A stretch of 62,193 bases of DNA, filler included, from Dugesia japonica (GCA_001938525.1; 6 parts of 6 records of this genome joined end to end with filler, not necessarily neighbours in it); one strand, 5' to 3'; counted from the first letter of the whole stretch, positions 13,901 to 28,397 are shown. The notes: a model not told the origin generated them from the letters alone. Translations and numbers: made by a program.

Positions 13901-15851
13901 TAATCATAAATAGATTTTACAATTATTTAATGCATTAATTTTATTATGATCTAATTCCAATGCCGGTTTTAAGGGGTGACTAGGTGTGGCCTCGCCGAAG
14001 TAGGCTTAATTTGCTTTGAATATTTTTTATTGTACGGGCTTGTGTTCCTAGATAGACTAGGGATTTTAGAACGAGAACTTGGAGTCTTGTGTGAGTATTT
14101 CGAAGGGACCTTTGTTCGAAGGTTGAATAACAAAATTTAAATTGGGAGGACATTCAGCTGGTGAGTATGAAATCTTTTTTGGAGTTTGAACTTGTAATTG
14201 AACTTTAAGTGACTGAATATGGGGAGATCAGATGAAATAAGTAGTGTGCTTGATATTTATAATATTTATACACAAGAAACACTTTGCGCCTTTTTCATAA
14301 TCAACATTCATATCATATNNNNNNNNNNNNNNNNNNNNNNNNNNNNNNNNNNNNNNNNNNNNNNNNNNNNNNNNNNNNNNNNNNNNNNNNNNNNNNNNNN
14401 NNNNNNNNAAAGCAGAAAGATTGTAAAATGAAATTCAAAAAACTGTCATCAACAAAATGATTTACAACCCTTACTCTGCCGGCACGTTTCGGGTATTTAT
14501 ACTTATCTATTCACAAATTGACGCTAAAAGGTTTTTTACTATCTCCAGCAAGCTGAAGATCAGGCATAAGTAAAAATCTTTCATTTTCGCCAATAGCTGT
14601 TCAATATCAGTTGAAGTTTATCGTTGGGGACATGTGGACATCTCCTAATTAAACCTCAGTCACTGCTGGTATCATTCAAGATCTTTCTTCATTCTTGACG
14701 CCTCCTCATCTTCTGTATTTAATTAGTAAATATTTTATTATTAAATTTATTTGATGTATGTTTAGAAATATATATCGATAAATATGAATATTGTTTGAAA
14801 GCTAAAAAATATTTAATAAAACATTTTTGCACATTTTTTTGTTTAGGAGATAAGCTAAGTGTTTTCCATGATAAATACAGCTACCATATAAAAATTAAAC
14901 TCTTGACTGTTTGAATACTATATATGAAAAAGAGACTACTTAAGTTAGAACCATACAACTTTTCAACATGTAATTCTACACTTTCCTTTATTCAAGTAAT
15001 AATAATTGTAATTATTTTATACTTNAATTATTTTATACTTTAAATCTCTTAATAAATAATCTTTTATTAAATGAAATGTATAGTCTGTTATAGTATATTT
15101 TGCATTTTATGTAATAATACATCATGTAGATTATCCAGATATTCAATTCAATTTTATCTGACGATATTAAAACGATCTTAAAAAATTATTCGATCTTGTT
15201 GTTGATGTTAATTCATTAATAAAATGTAAACTTGTAGGTCTTGAATATTTTAATGAATGTTTATTATCACCTAATAATTCAGGTAAATAATATATCGGTT
15301 GTTTGAATTTGAGTTTTATCACTCTAATAAAAGAAATTATAAAAGCTTATTGATATTTGGGTATTCTAAAGGAATGGTAACGAGCTAACAATACGAAAAT
15401 TCACTGAATGCACTTTTTCCTGATAACAAATTAATCTTCATAACTTTTTTCCGGCTTCTGAAAACACATTTCTTTCCTGACACAAATTTCAATGATTCAG
15501 AATTAGCTGTAACGTAGCAACAATTGATTTTCCATTTCTTTGAGACAGTTGAATTTCTACATTTATTATGTTATTCTTTGAACTCCTTAATACCATATAA
15601 CGTTAAAAGTATGTACATATTTCAAAACCGTTATAGTGGTACTAACTGGAATTGAAATTAAAAAATACGAATTGTCAGGAGAAGTATGTTTTTTTCTAAA
15701 TACAATCAAAAAATGCGGTCATATCTGAAACATATATCAGCGAAAATTGTCTTAGACTTACAAAATTGTCGAATTTAATAAAATAAAAAAACATTATTAT
15801 AAATAATAACAATAATAATGATAATAATAATAATAATAATAATAACAATTT

Positions 15852-16068
15852 TACAATTACAATTATTGCGAGAATAATTGTTGGACGTACCCATCGATCG
15901 TTTTTCATAATTCATTAAAATTAAAATAAAGCTTCGATCAAAATTTTTTTTGTTTTGGATAATAATTATAATTTTCAACTTCTTTTTCAACGAAGATAAG
16001 TAAAAAATTATAATTATTATCAAAAAAAAAAGTTTTTTGATCGAAGCTTTTATTTTAATTCCAATGAA
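15852..16068. repeat. Dispersed palindromic element copy 1 (small hairpin plus ~150-bp imperfect hairpin) between (AAT)n tracts
   Basis: CAATTATT-GCGAG-AATAATTG, then arms AATTAAAATAAAGCTTCGATCAAAA...TTTTGATCGAAGCTTTTATTTTAATT; homologous to 52282-52442. Confidence 0.8.
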
Positions 16069-16069
16069 T

Positions 16070-16146
16070 GATAATAATAATAATAATAATAATAATNNNN
16101 NNNNNNNNNNNNNNNNNNNNNNNNNNNNNNNNNNNNNNNNNNNNNN

Positions 16147-16210
<64 letters not shown>
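16070..16210. repeat. (AAT)n microsatellite spanning a gap
   Basis: Pure trinucleotide run. Confidence 0.95.
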
Positions 16211-16213
<3 letters not shown>

Positions 16214-18943
16214 AATGATATTAATGATAATATTGAGTAGATCATCATGATTGTTAGAGGAAACGCTCGTTGGTGTTTGAATATTTAAATAACCAAAACT
16301 AAGTGAATCCATAAAAGTGTATTCAAATCAAAAAGAATATAAATAAAACCTATTATTTAAACACACTGACTTTATATTTTTATCATTTAAAATGAAAATT
16401 AATTTAAAAACTTAAGCAAAATTTTTTTAGGAATTAATAAATCTCCTTATAATGATGATGACGATAAAAGAAATAAAAAAATAAAAAATAAACTTTTTAT
16501 TATTGAAATTTTTAAACTAATTGTTTATTATTTTATTTCTTTTTGTCAGTTTATTTATTCATTTATTTCTAGTGCAGAAAATCGACTAAAAGAAGTTTCA
16601 AAAATAAATAGGACTGTTTATATCAATTATATATAATATAAAAATAAATTACTGTAAAATTTTTTAAATGTCATTTTAATTTGGAAATACGATTAAAAAG
16701 GAAAAACACTCAGTGTCGGAAAATTACACAGACAAATTACATTAAACACTAATTTCATGTTTTTTTAAAGACAAAAGAATTTTACATTACTTGACGCATG
16801 AAAAGTGTTAATGAAATGTAATTTCTACAATAAAATATTTAATTTTTTAAATTGATAAATTTTATGACCCATTTGAAAATAGAAGTCAGAAATAAATTTT
16901 CCAAGTTTCAGCAAAATTGTTTATCTAATTTACTGCACTATTTTTATTAGGCTTTAATGGTTATCTGTATATCGAATTTTAATAAACAAATTGGTATGGT
17001 ATTTGCTATGGAATCATGAAAATAGCTCATGAATATTTTAATCATTTAAAAACAAAATAATCATAAACAGAAATTCTCATTTTTATTAATTTATTCTGAA
17101 AAAAACTGTTGAAGTTAGAAAATCGAATTTAAATTGAAATTGATATTCTAATTTAGTTGGTGAACTGAGAACTAATGATCTTATTTTTATAGAAAGGTTT
17201 GTACTTATAATATATTAGATAGTTAATTTGGAATTAATCTCATTTCATCCATCTCTTTAAAAAAATAATTAAAACGATTAGCATAACATACTCTTGTGGT
17301 TGTTTGTAACCTTTCAAAATCTACACTAAAAGCATTTCCAAGAATAGTTAACGAGAACTAAAATGNAAAAATATAAAAACCAGCTTTGACTGAACCGCGT
17401 CAAGACTATTCGCAAGTGGCATGATATAGCACTCTACCAAGTCCAACAGATGGAAACACATCTCATCCATCACATGAACGTAGTGGATGAATATCGGGTA
17501 CTCTTATGGAATCAATGCTTTCTTTTTTAATCTATTATTTTTATTACTTTTATTTTTTTTTATAAATTTTATATAGTCTGTTAAGTAGGTTACACTTAAT
17601 TTTCAATAATTATTTATCTTAAATGAAAATTTCAAATTAATGAATGAATTATCGGGAGAATATCAAATATTCCTCGACTAAGATGATATTTTATTTTCAA
17701 TCTCAATTCCAGCAACTTTTCGAGAAGTGATTTTGGAACTATAATTTGTTTTACTAAATTGAGTGTAATCAAAATTATTTCCAGATTTCATTAGGGTATT
17801 TATGGTAAACTAAATAGGAAATTAATTTTTGCCAATTTTTAATTATTGTATTTCCCTGTCAATGACACGCAGGTTATTTAAATAAAAAATACGTTGAAGA
17901 AATTTTGAAAAGTGCGTGAAAACATATCTATTTTGTTTTCAGTGCGAAATCTACTAGATGCGTATTATTTGACCATTATTATTATAAAGTGCTAGATCCG
18001 CAAAATACATAATATGTGCATTGTCAATCGTAAAATGCGGTACTAATTTTTTNNNNNNNNNNNNNNNNNNNNNNNNNNNNNNNNNNNNNNNNNNNNNNNN
18101 NNNNNNNNNNNNNNNNNNNNNNNNNNNNNNNNNNNTTCTATAAATAGATAGATTTGTTAATGTTAATGCTTTAACTTATGAAAGTAGCTAAAATATTATT
18201 TTAAAATGAATATCGAAGCATTTTATGGTAAACAATTTTTAAAAACATAAAGCAATAATATATTTTCAGAGTTAGTTAATAAATAAATTATTTAATTNNN
18301 NNNNNNNNNNNNNNNNNNNNNNNNNNNNNNNNNNNNNNNNNNNNNNNTTTAAAATTAATGAATAAATCGATATACATTTAAATTTGATACGACAACATGA
18401 ATTTTTTAAAATAAATATTTATCATGAATTTGAAATATACGTTATTTGAACTTTGATATTTTATTTTTTTTTTTCATTAATTCAATCCGTGATTATTTTT
18501 TCATTGTGATCAGTGCCACACATGTGTTTAAATTATTTTTCGAATTTGTTTTACAACTGATAAGAATAGAACTAATAAATTTTATTAAATACCGAAATGT
18601 TGGTCTCAATTCTCATTTTTTTAAATTAATATTATACTAAATAAAGTTTAATAAGTGTTAAATCAAAATAATTTACTAAACTTAATAATTCTTTATAGTT
18701 TTAAGTAAAATAATTACCAACCTGATAATAAATTCTTGTAATTTGATTGGATCCCTAGAATATTGAAATTCAATTCCTGAATAAGACAATTGTTGAAAAT
18801 TCAAATTACTAAAAATAGCAAAAAAAAGAAAGCCATAAAATACAACATTTTGATCTAATCTTTTTAATTTCTTGAAACTTGAAAAAAGCGATCAATGGTT
18901 AAGTCTAACAATTATTCTCGCATTAATTGTAATTGTATAACTA

Positions 18944-19236
18944 CAGTGCAGTCCCGTTAACCCGCGGTCACTGGGGTCCATGATCTGCCGTCTCGGGCTA
19001 AATTAAGCGCGAGTTATATTTGTCATTTAAATTCATCATTCTAAATAATGGGCAATATTATGTATATATTTATATGTAAAATAATTTACCTCTTGACAGA
19101 TATGAGTGTTGATAGATTGTTTATGTATTGTTACTGTCGATTATTGCTATGTATGTGTAAATTCGGGAGCCAAGGCAGAACCGCGGGTTGAGCAGAACAG
19201 TGAGTTAACGAGGCGCGGGTTAGCGGGACTGCACTG
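18944..19236. mobile_element. Tc1/mariner-pogo (Tigger-like) MITE
   Basis: TIR CAGTGCAGTCCCGTTAACCCGCG / CGCGGGTTAGCGGGACTGCACTG with TA on both sides. Confidence 0.9.
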
Positions 19237-19403
19237 TATATTTATTTAAACAAACAACTTTGACAACCTTAATTTATAGTAAATTTAATTCTAAAAAACA
19301 TTCTAAAGTAATTTTAATTTTTGCAATTATTACCATCTTTGATAATATGAAGTAAAATTAATAAAATCATAAAAGCCTTTTAATTTATAATTTATTTTAC
19401 TAG

Positions 19404-20580
19404 ATTTGGAGCCAAAGATAATCTATTTAAACTGGAAGCTGGCAGACACTGTACAACTGGTATGGGGCATTTTATATTTAGAGTTAAAGATGCGATTTCT
19501 GTTGCTGGAAAGTTAAAGAATAATACTAAACAAATAAAAATGTCACAAAGCACAATGCATAATTCTTGTATGACATTAAATAAACCGTCAACTTCCCAAA
19601 TATCACTTCAAAGTGAACCAAAGATTTACACTACAATTAACTCACCAAATCGACAAAGTATAGAAATTGTATCTCAAAATTTAATGAGATCTCCAGGTAG
19701 AATTTCAACATCAAGTAGAACTTCCTTTAGAGGTACTTTTATACCTAAAGATTCAAATCGGCATACATACCATCCTGAAAATGAGGTAGCTAGATTTAAT
19801 ACAAATAGAATTTCTGATAAATTTTCTTCGTCTGAAATATCTACTGGAGTGACGAGATTAAGAAGTCGTTCCGGTAGCGTTTCGAAATCTCAAAATTCTC
19901 ATAGATTATCCGAACGAAATTTATTTGTGAATGATACTAACATTGATGACGTTCCATTACCAAAACGTGATAATAAAATAGCATTANCTAATGAAAATAA
20001 AATCGAAAGAAGACCGTCTTTAGCTACTACAGAAAGACCGTTTATATTTAATATTACTCCAGATATAGCTCCAAGATATAAAGAGCAACAAAAACCAGAT
20101 CAACGTCCAGAAATTATAATGAGATCATCTGAACCTATTTCATTACCAAACGAATTATCGAATAATGATAAATTTACTTTTGATGACAATTTACAATGCT
20201 CTCTAAACGAAAATGATAATAAAATTGATAACAACAATAGTGACGGTGATAAACAAAACGATAATACAGAAAACTTTAATACGAATATATCAAACAATAT
20301 AGAAGACGAAATCTTTATAAAATCATTTGAATTGAATAAACAGAAAGATAATTTTGTTGAAAATGATAAAGATAAATGTGAATTTAATGAGATTGATGAA
20401 TATATTCTTCCAAAGAATCCGAATGACTTAATAAATGAGGATATTTCAAATAGTATTGATTTTAAAACTGCTATTCATGATCGAAATAGTGTAGTATCAG
20501 AAAATCTTACCTTTAAATTTGATGAATCAATAAACTCCTTAGAAATTCCAGATAAGGATTTTAGGCCAATGAGTTTATTT
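19404..20580 (+). CDS. Large exon of IRS/DOK/FRS2-type PTB adaptor (C-half of PTB plus Ser/Arg/Asn-rich disordered tail)
   Basis: ttttactag acceptor; FGAKDNLFKLEAGRHCTTGMGHFIF matches IRS-PTB 'YG...FSFEAGRRCxxGxGxFxF'; open for 392 codons to a gtaagc donor at 20581. Confidence 0.85.
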
Positions 20581-20599
20581 GTAAGCTTACTTATTTTAT

Positions 20600-20600
<1 letters not shown>

Positions 20601-20666
<66 letters not shown>
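20601..20666. repeat. (AAT)n microsatellite
   Basis: Pure trinucleotide run before a gap. Confidence 0.95.
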
Positions 20667-21355
20667 NNNNNNNNNNNNNNNNNNNNNNNNNNNNNNNNNN
20701 NNNNNNNNNNNNNNNNNNNNNNNNNNNNNNNNNNNNNNNNNNNNNNNNNNNNNNNNNNNNNNNNNNNNNNNNNNNNGTTGTAAAAGCTTAGTGTTTATTT
20801 TACCATCTATAAAGAAAATTATTAAAACATTAATCAAGCACATTTGTTTGAGCTCTCATCACATTTGTAAATTAAGTTCCTATAATTGTCTTGAAAGTTT
20901 AATAAGTCTTTTTCGTTTAATGCATCGATTCAATGGATCTACCTGAATCTATCTAAATTATCAGGAAATATCTCTTTGATTGTCATCAAATGTTATTCTA
21001 AATTGCATAAAAGATTATCAACCAAATATTTTCCGAATTTCGAGAATTTTGCTACATTTGAATTCTGTTTAATAATTGTTGTCTATTAGAAAATTGCAGT
21101 AATATTTCTATAGTTATTATTGCATATATTGCTTAGCATTTTGTCTTTCAATTCATTTTTTGTTTTTATTGATCTTTATTTTTTAATTATTGGTTCAATA
21201 TCAATTTTTGTTTATTTATTTTTCTATTTAATCGATTTTATCCTGATTATTAAATTTTTCTCCGGATATTTTAGTGATCTAATTTTTATGCATGTTATAT
21301 TTCGTTTTGCTTTTGACCTAGTTTTGAATGTATATCTACAATTTTGGCACAACTA

Positions 21356-21486
21356 TATTATTATTATTATTATNNNNNNNNNNNNNNNNNNNNNNNNNNN
21401 NNNNNNNNNNNNNNNNNNNNNNNNNNNNNNNNNNNNNNNNNNNNNNNNNNNNNNNNNNNNNNNNNNNNNNNNNNNNNNNNNNNNNN

Positions 21487-21534
<48 letters not shown>

Positions 21535-21556
21535 ATTATTATTATTATTATTATTA
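21356..21556. repeat. (TTA)n microsatellite spanning a gap
   Basis: Trinucleotide run. Confidence 0.95.
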
Positions 21557-23786
21557 AAGTTTGTTTCTTTTCATAAATCATAATTGTCTGATGGCGTCAT
21601 AATGCATTATAACAATAGTAAATGACAAAATCTTTGTGCATTATATAATTAAAGTTTTTCTTATGAACTTTTGCTTTTTCATATACCAAGTATAAGTAAA
21701 ATTTTGTCTATGGTGTGACGTAATTACATAAAGATCATTTTTCAATGTATGTTTACATCGAATTTTTTGTCAAACAATTTGATAAGCAATGTAAACATCT
21801 TTTTTCCTGGTATGATAGAAAACGTAAGCATAAATGTGTTTTCTAAAATTAATGTAAAAGCTAAATTGCCTCCATTCTATTTTGAGGTGTTTTTTATTTG
21901 AAAAAATTTTAATCCAATAATACAAAATATAATACATTAAATAAAAATATTCTTTAGTTATTTAAAAAAAATTCTAAACTACTGGGACTATCTCACATTT
22001 CAATATTTTACCTTTTAAATTTCTTCTGTACCATTTCTCAACAGTTTATTGGTAGAAATTTCTTATCCAATATCTGCTCATTCACTAAAATTCTTTATTA
22101 TTTTACAACAATATCGTTAAGTCAATTACTCTGTCGGTCATTTTATTTTAAATTTCTCTTTACTTATTTCAATTCTTGTTTTACTCTTTGTAATTTATTT
22201 TGCAAATTTTCTTTTAATTTCATTTTACCGCCTTTTCTTCATTCATTTTATCTAATTGCTTGTAGTTTTTTGTTAAATAATTAATTATTATTTTTAATAT
22301 TATTTATCGGAAAGCGTTCAAATTCGGACCAGGTGATATTTTTTGTCCACATTTTCATCGATTCGTAGTGCATTCTTTAATTACATATCATATGTCTCAA
22401 TGATTTCAAAATTATCCTATTTTACAAAAATTAAATCCTTTCTAATTTCAGTAGTGATTTAATTGTTGGTATATTTTATGATGTTCTTAAGGTTTTTGAA
22501 AAAATTTTTAAAACAATAAATTTTGCGTATAATAGTCATTTGATATTGATACTGTATATTAAATAAAACTAAAAGCTACATAATCAAGTAAATTTCCTTC
22601 AGTTTACATAATAAAACTACATTTAACGTTCCTATTTGGTTTGTTTATTCGAATCATTTTGTCTTGTTTGACGAACAAATATAATTTGCATAACTTTCAC
22701 AATAGTTAAATAGTTGAGTTTCTTTTAAATTTTTCACTCTTAATAAAAAATATTTAAATTAACACATAATATTTATAATCGCTATTATTTTCTAAGTAAT
22801 TATCGAAGGCAATTTATTGTAAAGTTTGTTTTAAACGTTCACAAATTATTATTATTCATAATCAAAATTTTTTTCAATACAACAAAATAAAGTTGATTGT
22901 AATGATATAATTGCTTTGTAAATTAAAATACAAACAATTTTAATATAGACAAAAATTTTCAGAATATTTTTCACAGTTTTCTAATAAAATAGTTCCAATA
23001 ATTTAGTGTTACCTAATGAATAATATTCACTTAATCATCAGAATTCTAGTGAATCATTGAATGTGAAATTATTGTTTTTGTTAATTCTGATATATTGTTA
23101 CAAAAACCAGTGTGTATGTACTCATCGGTGAACTGAAGTAGTAGTAGACCAAATTGACCAATTTTAGACATTTTTTAAAGTAGTACATATTTATGAATAA
23201 TCAATTTTTATCAATTAATTTTTTCATTTCTAAAACTATTCCTTATCAATTTTATTACACTGAATCTGGTTTTAATTTTCAGCACCAGCTTCCTAAAAAG
23301 ATTGAATATTTTAAAAGTTAATCTTACAAATTATTTATTTAATTTAAAGTATTTTTGAAAAATTAATTTAATTATGTTGCTATGATTTGATTTGAAACGT
23401 AACATCAAATTTATATTATTTAGATTCAAAAAAGATTTTAGTGACTTAAGGTAGTAGATAGTGGCATACTGGACTAACCCGCCGGTAAAGCTTCTTAGAA
23501 ATTATTAAATTTGATTGGTCGATACATTTCAGTCGAAAATTGTTTTGTTTTAATTTTAAAAATTAAAACAAATTTTTTCTACTAAAATATGCCAATCAAA
23601 TTGCAGAATTTCTAAACCACTTTGGTGGCGAGGTGAGAACAATAATTTATTTCAAATAGTTATATGAAGAGTTTGTTTTAATGAAGATATTTTCAACCCA
23701 GTAATTATTTTAAGAAAATCTTAATAACTTCTTTTATGCTTCTTAAAGTGTCAAAAATTTAGTAAATTCTAATATATTTTCTAAAT

Positions 23787-24335
23787 CAGGCCTGAGCAAA
23801 CTTTTTGATTTACATTATTAAATAATGTATATCTAAAAATATTATTTGTTTAATATAATATCCATCAGAAAACGGTTTGTTGTTTTTATATGAAAAATAA
23901 CAAAATTTACCTCTACAGAGGCTTCTTGTTAAATGGTTTGTCGTGCAAACATATTTTGTTGTTTTGATAAATTTTAAATCAAACTATCCCCTCTTTCTTA
24001 TGGAGTCTGATGGCGTATTCGATAAGTTTAGAAGAAAAATGACTTTTAATATTGGACTCTTGGAACACTTATAAACTTTCATGGTAAATGAGACAAATAA
24101 ACACACGACGCTCGTGTTCGATGTTTTTCTTTTCTATTCATTTTTAAAAGGCTGCAAATATTAACTATTTAAACAAAAGTCAGTTTAATAATTTAATAAG
24201 TAAATTCAATTTTAATGGATTCTTTACTCAAATTTACTTTTAAAAACAAATAATTTTTTTAAATACGATTATAGTTAGCAAACCGAATAGAAATATGTGG
24301 AGAGTTGAATGCAGGCCGCAGTTTGCATATGGCTG
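23787..24335 (-). mobile_element. Internally deleted hAT (Charlie/SPIN/GTF2IRD2-like) element
   Basis: Ends CAGGCCTGAGCAAAC...GTTTGCATATGGCTG; minus strand MNRKENIEHERRVFICLIYHESL*VFQESNIKSHFSSK resembles the N-terminal Zn-finger of Charlie-type transposases. Confidence 0.7.
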
Positions 24336-25111
24336 ATCTTAAATATTAATAATTTCTTGATAATTCGAACTCAAACACACTGATAAATAAGGGACAACAT
24401 TTCAACCCACTGCACGTATTTTATTTTGAACTATTTTAATTTCAAANNNNNNNNNNNNNNNNNNNNNNNNNNNNNNNNNNNNNNNNNNNNNNNNNNNNNN
24501 NNNNNNNNNNNNNNNNNNNNNNNNNNNNNNNNNNNNNNNNNNNNNNNNNNNNNNNNNNNNNNNNNNNNNNNNNNNNNNNNNNNNNNNNAAAAATTACATT
24601 TCTTTTTTTAGACGTTTTAAAGTTTTTTATAATTTTACAATTAAATTAATTTATTATTTTAACTATATTAAATTTTCGATAATTCAATAATTTTCCAATA
24701 ACATTGTAGTTATTAATGTTAAAGAAAAATAGATATTTTAGAAATAGGTAAAAATCTATGTTGTCAATTATTATCAGAAACTTTGATCAATGGACGTTTT
24801 TAGTTCAAATTATTTATGTGGTTTTTGACCCCATCGATGATTGATAGTTGAACAATTGAACAGCCTTTACACACTTATTTCTTATAAAACATTAAGTAAA
24901 TGGATGAGATTAAACTTACACATTTAACCTATTGATTAATTTAATTATTTGTTTTTATTCAATAGTAACTAGTAAACTGGAATTGACTATCAAATCTCAA
25001 TAAAATTCAATTGTCAATGAGTAACTCAAAAATTGTCTTTTTTCGTTAAATTGATTAAAATCATATCTTATCTCAATTATCGACTCTACTGAGATAAACA
25101 AATTATAAACT

Positions 25112-25211
25112 NNNNNNNNNNNNNNNNNNNNNNNNNNNNNNNNNNNNNNNNNNNNTTAATTAATTAANNNNNNNNNNNNNNNNNNNNNNNNNNNNNNNNN
25201 NNNNNNNNNNN
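25112..25211. other. Artificial contig linker
   Basis: N44-TTAATTAATTAA-N44. Confidence 0.95.
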
Positions 25212-25479
25212 TTAATTCTGAGTTTAATGGTCTAAAAAAATTTTAAGAATTTTATTAATTTAATTAAAATTTATAGTTAATTATATTGTTGGCGTTCCAC
25301 CCGAGTTGATATTACAAAAATAGCGGCTGAGAAAAAGGCAGCCATCAGGGGCCCCCTTCAAGAATTTAATCTTAAGTCCCTTTTTAGATTTTTGGTTTAG
25401 AGCGGTTGACCTCAAACATTTACTTAAGGTGCACACTTGTATACCTTTATGTTTGGGTTCACACTTTTTCCTTACTTTA

Positions 25480-27190
25480 GTTTTTTAGAATAAATGAAGT
25501 AAACTGAATAAATAATTTATTTTTAACTTAATAATTTACATAAAATCGAGAGCACCCGGGTCTAGCCACTGGGTAGGCTCTTCAGGAACAAAATTATAGC
25601 GGCATCGTCGTCATTTTCGACCCACTGAATCCAGGACTCGTTACCTAGTTGGCGGGAAAGATCCGACGTGTATCGCTGCAAGAAGTCAATCTTGTGTTGT
25701 AAGAGCTGTTTGGTTTGTTCATCTAAGTCGCCCAGTTTCTTCACAATAACGTCAAACTTTTTAGTTTATTAGTTTATTACGCTGCAAAAGGTGTTTCAAC
25801 AGGGCGCGCTCAGTTTGCCTTTTAATGTGCCTTTCTAATAGCAAATTTGTGATTAAACGGTGGCAACGACGCAAGCTATTTGGGAGTCAAATTTGTGGCA
25901 CTAAGACAAATTAGAATTAAATCATGGCCTCACTATCGACCATCAGCGGTTCGGGATGCATGGCCTGTTTCAATTTCAGAATGTCAGATACCAGTTTATT
26001 CTCTCCGTCATGGAGGAACCGGATAATCTTTGTGAAAGACTCTGTTTGAACTTTCAATACTCTCTTTCTTGCGCACGGGAGTCCTCAGCTTCTTTCCTAA
26101 ATTCTACACACTTCGACGTATATCTTTTGACTTTAATCTCAGCTGATGTAATGTTCGCCTCCTAGCGCCGCTTTGCCTGGTGGTTGAGGTCCCATGTCAT
26201 TTCTTGGTCATCGCTTGACTTACGTATCTTTTAATGTGTGCTGATGTGCGATTTAATGATGAATGCTCTGCAAAGATAGGAGTGTTAACTAGAAATCATA
26301 GACAAAATTTATTTTACAAAGAATCAAATACAAATTTAAAAATAGAATTATTCCTTATTATATTTTATGAGAGTCATTAGTAACGAAAAGATAAAAAACG
26401 ATCACTTTATTAACTAACAAAAAGGTGAAAGAAAAATCTTTACAGACGTTTCACTAGTGGGAGCAGAGTTCTCTGAATTACTGCTCTCAACGGACTCACG
26501 AATATTCCATAAGTTATTGTGTACAAAAGTGGTTAGATTGTAAAACGGAGAGAAGTGACTAGTTGCTTCGTGCCATTCACGAGTGATCTGCGGTTCGCTG
26601 TTAGTGCCTACTTTGGTGATGGTGACTGCGTGGTAAACGGCACGCTTACGGTCAGGACCATTCCAGGTATAGTAAGCCTGACGCTCGTTTGTATTTCATT
26701 CTCGTTCGTCATCCGCTTCGATGGCGGGTAAGTTTGCTCGGTCAACCAGAACACCAGCATCTCTATTATGGGGGTTCCTGTACCTTCTGAATACGGTACG
26801 GCTGGAAGCGCGATCCAGTATGACCTCCCATTTATGTTCCACTATAAAATTAGAATAATATTTATTGATTATAACCAAAGTTTAACGTAGTACACAGAAA
26901 AAAGAGTAACTAGAAATTCAACCATGATTAACAAAATGATCAGCCTACAATGTATTTCACTAAAAACTATGACAGATTGAATTATCACATTGAAATAATA
27001 TTTTCAGTCTTCTAAATTTACCGGAAAATTTAGCAAGAACATCTCGGCAAAACACTGGAGATCGGTTTCGTCGGGATGCTCCACCAGTTGGGGAAATAAG
27101 AAATGGTCCATCACCTGTCTGAGGCGTGCAGTTTTACGCTGTTTTAGAATCGTGCGAAAAGTCCTTTTTAGCTATGTTGGCATGATCTAA
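25480..27190 (-). pseudogene. Decayed multi-exon gene of unknown function
   Basis: GC-richer blocks (~27022-27187, ~26444-26842, ~25920-26267, ~25540-25781) bounded by AG/GTAA-like sites on the minus strand and AT-rich spacers; in-frame stops. Confidence 0.45.
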
Positions 27191-28397
27191 AAATAACGCA
27201 AGGATTAATATCGTCTGCATCTCAGGGTCACTAAGATTCCCTCTGAGCAGCACCAAGATAGATTCTGAGTTATAATGTTCAGTGATGGAATAATAAACTT
27301 TAATCTCGATAATTAATAATTAATTGTTTTAGAGGTTCATTATGCATCTAACAAAATCATAAGTACCCAAATAAATTTAACTTTAACGAGAAATATTACA
27401 TGTATTACTACTTCAGTTAATAATAACGATAGTACATGCCCCATTAGTAAATTTCGAAGTTGATAGCATTGATGGGTATAATAATTATTAAAATCACAAG
27501 AATATAGATAAAACAATAATATATTTTATAATAAATTTAATGAAGCTGACCTAATAACAATAAATTCCATCGCTAGTACCCATAATAATAATAGTGTTAC
27601 GAGTAAAAATAAGTAGGATACGAGAGGAACTACTAAGAAATTAGCATGGATAACATTCATTAGTTGACCCTCAGGACGGGGATACGGAGTCGTCAATAAT
27701 AGCAGCAATCGCCGATAAATGAGATTACCAATAAATAAATAACTATGTTAGAATGGTAAGAACCCGATACAATACTTTGGGTAGTCATAAAAAGTTTACT
27801 AATAATATGAATTATACTGATATTATTTAAAAACAATAGTTACCAATTTCAAGGATATAGTAAAAATAATAAAGATAAAATTAATACTTATAAATGACGT
27901 GAAAACAAAGAGAATCATCTGAGGGTCCCATTTATCAATTCTAAAAGATTTTTGCATTGGTTAGAGCTTAAATCATATCAATGTTAACGTTGCTGGACTA
28001 AGTAAACAGAAATAAGTAGATCAACGTCACGGATGTGGAAATACAAGGCAATTCTACTTGTTCACAGATCTTCGACGGAAATAATTATAGGCTACACTCA
28101 CACCAGGAATTTGCTTATACTTGAGAAATGGATTTACATAGCAACCGTGTAATGTATGGTTTATGAGTGTATTATTTGCTTAGTTACTCTGTAATATTTA
28201 TATAACAACCATGTATTATTTTCATAGTAACTGTGTAATATAAGGCTTATGGTTATATTTTTTTACATAGAATAATTTGATCATTATCATTTGCTTATCT
28301 TAGTTTTCTTTAATTTATTACATTTTATATATTTGTTTTATCGAATCAATTAAATTAAATCTATCAAAACTCCAATGTTCCTCTAAATTCATTAATT

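Noticed and set aside
14460-14720. hAT dimerisation-like peptide (KYKYPKRAGRVR) on the minus strand
   Set aside because: Too short and decayed, and no termini identified
17690-17800. Minus-strand peptide KSGNN...EIENK..SRN resembling the TRAF N-terminus
   Set aside because: Low-complexity similarity; no RING follows
20581-20946. C-terminal extension of the 494-aa ORF
   Set aside because: Follows a strong GTAAGC donor and runs through a microsatellite and a gap; intronic
25267-25540. TGTTGG start suggesting an LTR
   Set aside because: No second LTR, PBS, PPT or gag/pol motifs found
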